From: Thermoproteus tenax Kra 1
GTDB lineage: Archaea; Thermoproteota; Thermoprotei; Thermoproteales; Thermoproteaceae
DNA: 32,000 nt
NCBI RefSeq assembly: GCF_000253055.1
Contig: NC_016070.1
Span: forward strand, 1,440,001 to 1,472,000
Direction of reading: 5' to 3'
The first letter of the stretch is position 1; every line of letters starts with the position of its first letter. This document shows, one piece after another, positions 1 to 7,478 of the stretch. Made by a program: the position numbers and the translations under genes. Below the pieces are notes generated by a model. It made no database searches and was not told the DNA's origin. It saw only the letters and a list, made by a program, of their open reading frames with translations.

Positions 1-114
1 GAGCTGTCCAAGGTCTGCGAGGGCACAGTCCCCCGATTGGACAGTGTAAATCTACAGGACTACGTAAAACAGGGCATACTGAGGGGGATTGAGCAGTTCT
101 TAAAGGGGAGATGA
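1..114 (+). CDS. C-terminal fragment of an unidentified protein (ELSKVCEGTVPRLDSVNLQDYVKQGILRGIEQFLKGR*)
   Basis: Open frame 1 from the window start to TGA at 112-114; its stop overlaps the next start codon (ATGA). Confidence 0.6.
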   Translation, partial: ELSKVCEGTVPRLDSVNLQDYVKQGILRGIEQFLKGR

Positions 115-770
115 TAGCCGTAAAGCTGAGCGGCCGTATCTTCGACGACCCGGCCCTTGTGAGGGAGTATGCGACGATCCTTAGCTCGATTGAGGAGAGT
201 CTGGCGATAATAACAGGGGGCGGAAGCACAGCCAGACGATATATAGAAGCTGCGAGGAGCATTGGGGCAAATAATTACTTTTTGGACATGATAGGGATAG
301 AGGCCAGCAGGTTGAACGCGTGGCTTCTAGTGGCCGCCCTTGGACCAGACGTCTATCCAAGACCTGCCACCTCGTTAGAGGAGGTAGTAACTGCGCTGGG
401 CTATAAGAGGAGGGTTGTGGTAGGCGGGCTCCAACCTGGCCAGTCTACTGCCACAGTGGCAGCCCTAGTGGCCGAGGCGGTGGGGGCAAGGATGTTAATA
501 AACTGCGCCAACATTGATGGAGTATATGACGATGATCCATCAAAGAATCCTAACGCTAGGAAGATACCCATCGTCAAGGCGTCACAGCTAGCGGCCATGC
601 TTAGATCCAATGCGCTACCTGGCACTTACGAGCTCGCCGACGTGTGGAGTTTAGAAGTGCTAAGACGTAGCAAGATACCCATGTATATAGTCGATGGAAG
701 AACCCCCAACCATCTCTTAAAGGTTCTAAGGGAGGGAGCCAACCCCGGTTCCCTAGTTCTCCCCGAGTAG
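111..770 (+). CDS. pyrH: Archaeal-type UMP (uridylate) kinase, amino acid kinase family
   Basis: 219 aa; MIAVKLSGRIF, ITGGGSTARRYI, NCANIDGVYDDDPSKNPNARK motifs typical of archaeal UMP kinase. Confidence 0.93.
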   Translation: MIAVKLSGRIFDDPALVREYATILSSIEESLAIITGGGSTARRYIEAARSIGANNYFLDMIGIEASRLNAWLLVAALGPDVYPRPATSLEEVVTALGYKRRVVVGGLQPGQSTATVAALVAEAVGARMLINCANIDGVYDDDPSKNPNARKIPIVKASQLAAMLRSNALPGTYELADVWSLEVLRRSKIPMYIVDGRTPNHLLKVLREGANPGSLVLPE

Positions 771-817
771 GCGGAGCTCTGGCGTAAAATATATATTATC
801 TACATCATTTATTTCAG

Positions 818-1127
818 GGAGGGACCCCCGAGAAGGCCCATGCGGGCCCGCATGAGGGGTGCTCCAACCGCGGGGATCAGCAATATCCCATCCTGTTAAG
901 CTCTCCAAGACCTCTACATGGATACTATGAGGAGGAACTCCGGGCAGAACATGCGGCCAGCGCTCTGTATGACCTCCTCCCCGCTCATGCTGGGCCTCCA
1001 CCGTGGGAGCCTCGCCCGCTGCCCCTCCTCGGGGTTAACTGGGGCGGGCATTATGGCGTCCTCCCGCCGGGGCCATCCGCCGTTGACCGCCGTATGGAGC
1101 GTGCCATCTAGGCCTCTCTCAGCCCTC
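818..1127. ncRNA. Candidate structured non-coding RNA locus (strand unresolved, + slightly favoured)
   Basis: GC-rich region without a convincing ORF. AT-rich TATA-like sequence (aaaatatatatta, ~787-799) lies 20-30 nt upstream. The ends are complementary (gaggg..gaga-a-ggcc at 820-839 with ggcc-t-ctctc-ag-ccctc at 1111-1127). Several internal hairpins. Confidence 0.4.
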
Positions 1128-1164
1128 TTCGCCGCTTCGCAATAAAAAATATTGAGTCAATCTC

Positions 1165-1178
1165 CGCCCTATAGGGCG
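1165..1178. repeat. Perfect 14 bp palindrome CGCCCTATAGGGCG upstream of the HTH gene
   Basis: Read directly; 7+7 inverted repeat in the intergenic region, ~56 bp before the GTG at 1234. Confidence 0.6.
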
Positions 1179-1233
1179 AGGCCTTCGGTTGTAATACATT
1201 GCTCTCGTTAAATACAGAGTTTTTCAACACGTT

Positions 1234-1710
1234 GTGAAGTTAACGGCTACAGAGCAACGGATAGTCCAGCTCTACAGCGAGGGGCTTAAGCCCAGAGAGA
1301 TAGCGAATAGGTTGGGCATTTCTATAAACACAGTCTACAAGGCGCTCTCTAAACACAGAAGAATCTCTGAGCTAGCTCAAGGGATAAGCGAAGAGGCGCA
1401 GATCCCACAGGGGGATGCTTACTACGCCGTAGTGACTCCTATATACAGCGTGTCCGCACTCTATAGTTACATCCCCGCGCCATCCCTCCAATACATCGAT
1501 GAGATAAAGAGCTTGATTAAAAGGCTTGAGGACATACTGGAGAAGCTCGAGAAGTTGGACGTCAACGCGGCTACACAGCTCTACAGCAAGAGCCCCGAGT
1601 TGCATCGGAACGCGACTGACAAGGTGACTGACAACGCTATGGCGGCGGACGGCCCCGACTTCTTGAGGCAGAACGTGTGGGTGCGCCTGTTGAGGGGGAG
1701 GGTCGGCTAG
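1234..1710 (+). CDS. HTH-domain protein (sigma-70 region 4/LuxR-like helix-turn-helix at N-terminus), crenarchaeal
   Basis: 158 aa; LTATEQRIVQLYSEGLKPREIANRLGISINTVYKALSKHRR HTH motif; GTG start. Confidence 0.7.
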   Translation: MKLTATEQRIVQLYSEGLKPREIANRLGISINTVYKALSKHRRISELAQGISEEAQIPQGDAYYAVVTPIYSVSALYSYIPAPSLQYIDEIKSLIKRLEDILEKLEKLDVNAATQLYSKSPELHRNATDKVTDNAMAADGPDFLRQNVWVRLLRGRVG

Positions 1711-2906
1711 CGCGTTAATATTTTCAAGATAAGACCGTCTCTGACCTGGCTATCGGCCCCAAGCCTTCTGCCCGTTAAGGCCTCCACAGCCGACACGAAG
1801 CGCTCGCCGATCTCCGAGTGGATCATGTAGGCAACGTCGCGAGCAGTTGCATTGCCGGGCACTAATAACGCATCCGGCAAGACGTTTCCGTTCTTGTCTG
1901 CGAGCTTGTGCTCGTCCTCAACAGGGAACACAACGACGTACTTTAAGGCGTCGAAGACGGCGGCGTTTAGAGCCGTTTGAACTCCAGTGCCGCCGAACTT
2001 CCTCATAACTTCCCTTATCTTCTCTAGCACGGCTAGCTGTTGTTGAGTCAAGTTTCCCACGACCTCAAAGTCGGGATCGCCCGGCTTGTATCTTATCAAG
2101 CCCTTGTTGGCCGCTCTACGCAACGCAAGCTCGGCCTCGGCGCTGGTCGGGACTACTATCCTATTCGGGAAAGCCTTCTTGAGCGCTTTATATCCCTCTT
2201 CGCCCTCGGGTAAATCGACTTTGTTCGCCGCTATAACTATGGGTCTCTCCGAGATCAGCGAGCTTGTGAAGGTCAGAAAGTCCTCATCGGTCCACCTACT
2301 GGGGGGTTTTTTCGACAGCCCCAAGTCTTCCAGCTCTCTCTCCACGTGTTCCCTCTCATATCCGAGCCCGCTCAGTTTCTCCATAAGCACGTCCGCCAAT
2401 GGCCTTTTGCCGTACTCGGAGAATCTGATTGCCTTGTCCCAGTCCTTTTTGATTATCGACATCAGCCACATCACAATCTCTCTCTCTAGAAACTTCACGT
2501 CCTCAACGGGGTCTCTAGAGCCTGGCCTCACGAGCCTGCCCTCCTCGTCGGTGGAGCCGGAGGCGTCTACTATATGTATCAACGCGGGCGCTCTCCTTAT
2601 GTGATCCAAGAACTGGTTACCGAGCCCCCTCCCTTGCCAAGCCCCCGGCACAAGGCCTGCTACATCCACGAGCTCTATGGGTATATAGCATACGCCCTCA
2701 AGTACGACGTAGCTGATGGGATTGCACTTGATATTTTTACAAGGACACTCCCTCCTCACGTAGCCTATGCCCACGTTTGGTTCCACTGTAGTGAAAGGCA
2801 CAGGCCCTATCTTGACGTCTTTCATAGTGCTTGCGGCAAAGAACGTTGATTTGCCCGCGTTGGGCTTGCCCACAATGCCTATCTGTATCCGGGTACGGAC
2901 GACCAC
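1707..2906 (-). CDS. YchF/OBG-family GTP-binding protein, archaeal, with C-terminal TGS-like region
   Basis: 399 aa; GIVGKPNAGKST (G1), DVAGLVPGAWQGRGLGNQFL (G3), AANKVDLP (G4), C-terminal DGLILKI. Confidence 0.9.
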   Translation of the reverse strand: MVVRTRIQIGIVGKPNAGKSTFFAASTMKDVKIGPVPFTTVEPNVGIGYVRRECPCKNIKCNPISYVVLEGVCYIPIELVDVAGLVPGAWQGRGLGNQFLDHIRRAPALIHIVDASGSTDEEGRLVRPGSRDPVEDVKFLEREIVMWLMSIIKKDWDKAIRFSEYGKRPLADVLMEKLSGLGYEREHVERELEDLGLSKKPPSRWTDEDFLTFTSSLISERPIVIAANKVDLPEGEEGYKALKKAFPNRIVVPTSAEAELALRRAANKGLIRYKPGDPDFEVVGNLTQQQLAVLEKIREVMRKFGGTGVQTALNAAVFDALKYVVVFPVEDEHKLADKNGNVLPDALLVPGNATARDVAYMIHSEIGERFVSAVEALTGRRLGADSQVRDGLILKILTR

Positions 2907-3052
2907 AGGAAAAAATTTTTGATGAAGCCTTTTTATTTGTGAGCCTAAAAAGAATAATCATCATAATAATATTATTATTAATAGTATTGCTATTATTTAA
3001 AAATATATTACTTATTATATTAATAGGATTTATCATATTATTTTTAAATAGA
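2907..3052. promoter_or_regulatory. AT-rich divergent intergenic region
   Basis: Between the start of the minus-strand GTPase and the likely ATG (3053) of the plus-strand gene; long runs of A/T. Confidence 0.5.
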
Positions 3053-4246
3053 ATGAAAAAATTTATCTCTATATATAGAGAATGGGCCCGTATTAGGATC
3101 GAGATCTTCCTCATATCGCTTGGGGCATTTATTATTTCGTTGTTGTTAAGGCCCAACAACGTTACAGCGAGGCTGCTCGCCCTCCTCGTCGAAGTAGTAG
3201 CATTGTCTATTTCGCCGTTCTATCCTTCCCCCTCTGTAGCGCTATCTCTTCTAGGTTTGGCCATCGAGACGCCTACGGGAGGACCCCTGAGGGTTTCCCT
3301 ATTGATTGTCGCCTCAATTATGGGCTATCTGCTCGGCTCCATGTTTGACAGGGCAGAGATAACTAAGTTAAATATAGGATCTCTTGATATAAAAGATATA
3401 ATAAAGAAGATAAATAATTATAATATTATTATAAAAGATAGAAAAAATTTTTATTTTGTATCAAGAGGCAATAGAGGTAGACGGGACTTTGACGGACCAA
3501 TACTCGTCTGGCTCCCTAAAGAGAATCTTTCGTACAGTTGTAGATCTTTGAACTGCTTGCCCACATCACTACGCTTGGCCACAGCCGAGGAGACTCTGGG
3601 CGAAGATCTATACTTGTTATTTCCCGAGTTAAAGGAGATAAAGAGCCCCCTTGTTGTCTACGCTGAACGGAGCATCGGAAGATCGCTCCTTCGATATTCC
3701 AGTAAGGTCTATGTTCTCTCCAACGGCCAGGCGAACATCACAGTAAATATATCTGAAATACCATTAGAAAAGAAAATAAAAATAATTATAGATATACTCG
3801 AATATTTTTATGGAATAAAAGATAAAGAGATGCCAGGCCTTCTCTATGACTTTTTCACTACGGGGAGAGCCGCCTTTGATAACCCCAATATGTCGATATT
3901 TTTCGACCTCATCAGAGGCCTCGATAGATGGTCCGACGTGCCCGAGATAGTTGAACTTGGCCAAGACCCTAGATCGGTTTTAGCGGCCTTCGCATTGTAC
4001 ATAAAGTATGGTGGAATGGTTGTTACATCGTCCGGTGGCATCTTCGAGCTATTGAGGAGAAACGACGTTAGAGTAGTATTAGTGACAAACAGGAAATATG
4101 ATAAGGCCTCTTCGTTTATTGTGCTCGCCCCCGTCCCGGCGCCGGAGCTCGCAGGTCCCTTCAGCAAGTTCGTCGATAAATTATCCGACGGCGAATACGT
4201 GGGAATAGTAGAGGGCGTGCCAGTACACGGATTTTTAAAGGAGTGA
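3053..4246 (+). CDS. Uncharacterised protein with N-terminal transmembrane segments
   Basis: In-frame ATG at 3053 (MKKFISIYREWARIRIEIFLISLGAFIISLLL...). The longer ORF from 2831 reads antisense through the neighbouring GTPase start and an AT-rich intergenic region, so the shorter start is preferred. Confidence 0.6.
   Translation: MKKFISIYREWARIRIEIFLISLGAFIISLLLRPNNVTARLLALLVEVVALSISPFYPSPSVALSLLGLAIETPTGGPLRVSLLIVASIMGYLLGSMFDRAEITKLNIGSLDIKDIIKKINNYNIIIKDRKNFYFVSRGNRGRRDFDGPILVWLPKENLSYSCRSLNCLPTSLRLATAEETLGEDLYLLFPELKEIKSPLVVYAERSIGRSLLRYSSKVYVLSNGQANITVNISEIPLEKKIKIIIDILEYFYGIKDKEMPGLLYDFFTTGRAAFDNPNMSIFFDLIRGLDRWSDVPEIVELGQDPRSVLAAFALYIKYGGMVVTSSGGIFELLRRNDVRVVLVTNRKYDKASSFIVLAPVPAPELAGPFSKFVDKLSDGEYVGIVEGVPVHGFLKE
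3371..3466 (+). other. A/T-ending codon island in the unknown membrane protein gene
   Basis: 30 of 32 codons end in A/T (frame of 3053). Confidence 0.8.
3740..3826 (+). other. A/T-ending codon island in the same gene
   Basis: 27 of 29 codons end in A/T. Confidence 0.8.
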
Positions 4247-4258
4247 TTCAGTATTTTC

Positions 4259-6196
4259 ATGGAGAAGGCCGAGGTCAGGGCGGCCGAAAGGGCCGAGGCC
4301 GCCCCAAAGCCCCCTCATCTGGTCAAAGACATCTTGGAGTATCCAGGTGTCAGAGTTGTTCCCTCGCATAGTCTCAAGGCGGTGTGGAAGTACTTCAGAG
4401 AGTTTCCTCACGATATTCTGCCCGTGTTCAGAAACGCCTTTTCGGATTTAATCGAGGGAGTTATATATCCTAACACTGTTCTCTTGCTCAAAGACAAGGC
4501 TGACGATAGACGGGTAGGCGAAGTGGTAAATAAGGCAGTATCAATATCGTTGGGGGCGACTGTAGAAGAGGCATATAAGCTGCTCAGAGACAGGAGGACG
4601 CCTGGCGCTATTGTGTTGGACGACGAGGGGAAGTACGTGGGCATTGTGACCCTCAGAGGCTTGTTGGAGGCCGTAAAACAGATGCAGCCAAAGGCCAGAT
4701 CGGTCAATGCGGTCTATAGCGAGTTTGGCGCAGCTGTTCAGAGAATCGAGGAGAATAGAGATATTGGCGAGATTATGAAGAAGATAGCGGGCGGCGACGC
4801 GGACGGCGCCGTTGTCGTTAACAAGAGGGGGCTTGTGGCCGGCGTCATAACCGTGTGGGATTTCATAAGATCCTCGATCTGGCTTAGACCAAGGAGAGAG
4901 CCAAGGCCGATCTTCGGCAAAGGCGTCTCGAGAGGCTCATCGGCCGAGGCCAAGGCGCCGGCCGCTAAAGCCGTAATGTCGACTGGAGTTCCCATCGTTA
5001 CCCCAAGGACTCCGATAGAGGACGCTGCGCAAGCTATGGCAACGTTAGGGGTCTACGTGTTGCCCGTCGTCGATAAAGACGGCAGGGCCATCGGCGCATT
5101 GACTGCTTTCGACGTGTTGAAGGCATATTTCGAGGGGCCGAAGGAGGGAAGAGAGGATCTGGAGCCCGAGAGACCAATCAAGGGAGCTGAGGAGCTCAAG
5201 CCAAGCGCGTTGGAGCCCAAGCCGGTCAAGTTCGCTACTGGAGTTAGGGCCAGAGATATACTGAGGTCTGACGTACCCACTGTCAGTCTGTTTGACAGCA
5301 TATCCCATATCAGGAGGGTGATGGTGAAGACCGACGCGCCCATTGTGGCTGTGGTTAACGAGGACAGGAAGATCGTGGGCCTTATATCTAGGCGCGATAT
5401 GTTGTTCTATTTGGCTGAGAAGTCCTTGGGATACTGGAAGGTTCAAAAGGGCAAAAAGCTTGTGCTCAAGGAGAACGTAATGCCGGGCGAACAAGCCAAG
5501 CTGTTAAGGGAGGAGGGGACTGCCTCAGACGTTATGAGGGTCGATGTGCCCAAGCTGTCGGCCGACGCCTCGGCTGAAGAGATAGCCTACCATATGCTTG
5601 CGGCAGGGACCGACTATGTGCTAATAGTGGACAACAGCGGCGAGCCCCTGGGCGTGATAACCAGAGACGACTTGGTAAAAGTCTACGCGGAGAGGGGGAG
5701 GGAGGAGGCGACGGTCGCTGAATTGATGAGCCCTGCCGATATAGTGACTGTCACGCCGTTTCACAGCGTATCCCACGTTGTGGAAAAGATGAAGAAGTAC
5801 GAGCTTGACGGTATACTAGTTGTTGAGGGGAGCGATGTGAGGGGCGCCATAGTGGACAACAAGCTTACGTTGACGCCAATAGAGGAGAGCCTGAGAGGCG
5901 AGAGAGTCTTCATAATAACCAGGAGCGGGTCTAAGAAGGGAGGCTCCGAAAGGCTTAGATATCCAAAGGCGAGTCCCCTTACCGCGTCCGACATAATGGA
6001 CGAGCCCCCGCCCACTATAACCGCCAACGAGGCGGCCCGCGCCACGGCGGCCCGCGTCTTGAGACACGGCGTTGTGGCAGTGTTTGACCAACAGGGGAGA
6101 CTTATAGGCGCGTTGACAGGCTTTGACTTAGTCCGCGATTTGGCAAGAGCCTATGCGACCTCCAAGGCTGAGATAGCCAAGAGGGTTGAGGCTTAA
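4259..6196 (+). CDS. Large CBS-domain protein with about eight CBS motifs (four Bateman modules)
   Basis: 645 aa; repeated pattern of the type VMSTGVPIVTPRTPIEDAAQAMATLGVYVLPVVDKDGRAIGALTAFDVLKAY, counted about eight times. Confidence 0.88.
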   Translation: MEKAEVRAAERAEAAPKPPHLVKDILEYPGVRVVPSHSLKAVWKYFREFPHDILPVFRNAFSDLIEGVIYPNTVLLLKDKADDRRVGEVVNKAVSISLGATVEEAYKLLRDRRTPGAIVLDDEGKYVGIVTLRGLLEAVKQMQPKARSVNAVYSEFGAAVQRIEENRDIGEIMKKIAGGDADGAVVVNKRGLVAGVITVWDFIRSSIWLRPRREPRPIFGKGVSRGSSAEAKAPAAKAVMSTGVPIVTPRTPIEDAAQAMATLGVYVLPVVDKDGRAIGALTAFDVLKAYFEGPKEGREDLEPERPIKGAEELKPSALEPKPVKFATGVRARDILRSDVPTVSLFDSISHIRRVMVKTDAPIVAVVNEDRKIVGLISRRDMLFYLAEKSLGYWKVQKGKKLVLKENVMPGEQAKLLREEGTASDVMRVDVPKLSADASAEEIAYHMLAAGTDYVLIVDNSGEPLGVITRDDLVKVYAERGREEATVAELMSPADIVTVTPFHSVSHVVEKMKKYELDGILVVEGSDVRGAIVDNKLTLTPIEESLRGERVFIITRSGSKKGGSERLRYPKASPLTASDIMDEPPPTITANEAARATAARVLRHGVVAVFDQQGRLIGALTGFDLVRDLARAYATSKAEIAKRVEA

Positions 6197-6534
6197 TGGA
6201 CGCCAGGACGGCAATAGAGCATAACCTCTGGCAGACGCCCGAGGGCCTCTACTTAAGGCTGGTGGTGATTAGAGATCGTAGCGAGGCATGTAGGGAGAGG
6301 ATGTCCATAGAGGGGATGGACATAGTCTTATACGTCTGTGAGGAGATCCCTTTGAGAGATACAGCTGCCGTGTATAACTTTTTTAAAAATATTGGTATAA
6401 GTAATATTGAATTAATCTACGGTGAAACATCAAGAGTAAAAATATTTAGAATTATTGATAAATATGATAAAGTCCTTGAAAAATTGCTGACGATAGCGAC
6501 ACCGTCAGAGGGGCCTACTTGGGCCAAATCTTAA
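6196..6534 (+). CDS. Conserved hypothetical protein, 112 aa
   Basis: Start overlaps the preceding stop (TAATGG); intact ORF between annotated genes, same strand. Confidence 0.6.
   Translation: MDARTAIEHNLWQTPEGLYLRLVVIRDRSEACRERMSIEGMDIVLYVCEEIPLRDTAAVYNFFKNIGISNIELIYGETSRVKIFRIIDKYDKVLEKLLTIATPSEGPTWAKS
6379..6471 (+). other. A/T-ending codon island in the 112 aa gene
   Basis: 29 of 31 codons end in A/T. Confidence 0.8.
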
Positions 6535-6562
6535 GGCAATGCCGATAAATCTCTGAGCGATA

Positions 6563-6571
6563 AACTATATT
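6563..6571 (+). promoter_or_regulatory. TATA-like element for uS11 (leaderless)
   Basis: aactatatta about 25 nt before the GTG start at 6593. Confidence 0.45.
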
Positions 6572-6592
6572 AACCGGAGGAGATCCCTCCAC

Positions 6593-7015
6593 GTGTCCAC
6601 CGCCGGCGAACAGACGGAAACAAAGCCTCAGAAGCTGAGGTGGGGTATAGCGTGGATTTATTCAAGTAGCAATAATACTATGATAACGATAACCGATCTG
6701 ACAGGGGCAGAGACTGTGGCCCGCGTGAGCGGAGGACAAGTAGTTAAGGCGGATAAAGACAAGCCATCTCCCTGGGCTGCCATGCAGGCTGCATATAGGG
6801 CCGCGCAACTGGCCATGGCCAGAGGGATCAACGCAGTCCATATAAAGGTCAGAGGGCCAGGAGGCTACGGGATGAAGGTTCCAGGCCCTGGCGCCAGCGC
6901 AGCCATCAGAGCTCTGGCGAGGGCCGGCCTCATAATAGGGAGAATAGAGGACGTCACTCCAATACCTCACGACACTATAAGGCCGCCGCATGGCCGTAAA
7001 GGGAGGAGAGTCTAA
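6593..7015 (+). CDS. rps11: Small ribosomal subunit protein uS11
   Basis: [28 protein letters not shown]...[55 protein letters not shown]. Confidence 0.97.
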   Translation: MSTAGEQTETKPQKLRWGIAWIYSSSNNTMITITDLTGAETVARVSGGQVVKADKDKPSPWAAMQAAYRAAQLAMARGINAVHIKVRGPGGYGMKVPGPGASAAIRALARAGLIIGRIEDVTPIPHDTIRPPHGRKGRRV

Positions 7016-7330
7016 ATGGCGAAAAAGGACTGCCTCATAGTATACCTGGACTATTGTTCCAAGAGGTCCCCCTATCGCGAGGAAATGGGGAAGATCTTAA
7101 GATACGCGAGGATAAACGCGCTTAGGCTTATCCTTATAACTAGGTGTACGGCCCTCGAGCTTGAGCTTCAAGACTTGAGACAGCTGAGCAACGACAACAT
7201 GGAGTTTCCAGTGAGGCTGTACGAAGATGCGTCGGCTGAAGACGTCGCAAAGCTAGAAAAGTGCGCTACATTCGACGTAAAGACAGTAGACGAAATAAAT
7301 ATATCGTGGCCTGTTAAAATCGAGACGTGA
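7016..7330 (+). CDS. Conserved hypothetical protein, 104 aa
   Basis: Intact ORF starting immediately after the uS11 stop, same strand. Confidence 0.6.
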   Translation: MAKKDCLIVYLDYCSKRSPYREEMGKILRYARINALRLILITRCTALELELQDLRQLSNDNMEFPVRLYEDASAEDVAKLEKCATFDVKTVDEINISWPVKIET

Positions 7331-7377
7331 TGAGAAGGCATTAGCGGCGTCTTATTGCCGGCGCTGGAACTGCTGAT
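7327..7377 (+). ncRNA. Weak C/D-box sRNA candidate overlapping the stop codon of the 104 aa ORF
   Basis: C box GTGATGA (7327-7333) and D box CTGA (7373-7376) at correct spacing; D'/C' boxes not convincing. Confidence 0.25.
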
Positions 7378-7405
7378 ATTTAAATTGTAGACTGGGATTA
7401 TACCC

Positions 7406-7457
7406 TGGTGATGACGCTGAGCTACGCCGAGATCGTGAAGAGCGGATAAGGCTGAAA
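7406..7457 (+). ncRNA. C/D-box sRNA (2'-O-methylation guide) candidate
   Basis: C box GTGATGA 7408-7414; 12 nt guide; D' CCGA 7427-7430; spacer GATC; C' GTGAAGA 7435-7441; 10 nt guide; D box CTGA 7452-7455. TATA-like ATTTAAAT at 7378-7385, ~25 nt upstream. Confidence 0.6.
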
Positions 7458-7478
7458 TTTATAAAATGTGATAATATC

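Noticed and set aside
928-950. GAGGAGGAACTCCGGGCAGAAC resembles RNase P RNA conserved region I
   Set aside because: No matching CR-V (ACAGAA...GGCUUA) with P4 pairing downstream, and the position within the locus does not fit; kept only as part of the generic RNA candidate.
1022-1049. Minus-strand GTTAACCCCGAGGAGGGGCAGCGGG, loosely reminiscent of SRP RNA domain IV
   Set aside because: The tetraloop and the AGCAG symmetric loop do not match, and the position in the RNA would be wrong.
753-1145. ORFs 753..1001 (-) and 918..1145 (+)
   Set aside because: Odd composition, overlapping opposite strands, no recognisable domain; likely chance ORFs in a GC-rich non-coding locus.
2831-3052. N-terminal extension of the 2831..4246 ORF with a poly-Ile/Leu segment (KRIIIIIILLLIVLLLFKN)
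   Set aside because: It reads through the antisense start of the YchF-like gene and an AT-rich promoter region; ATG at 3053 is more plausible.
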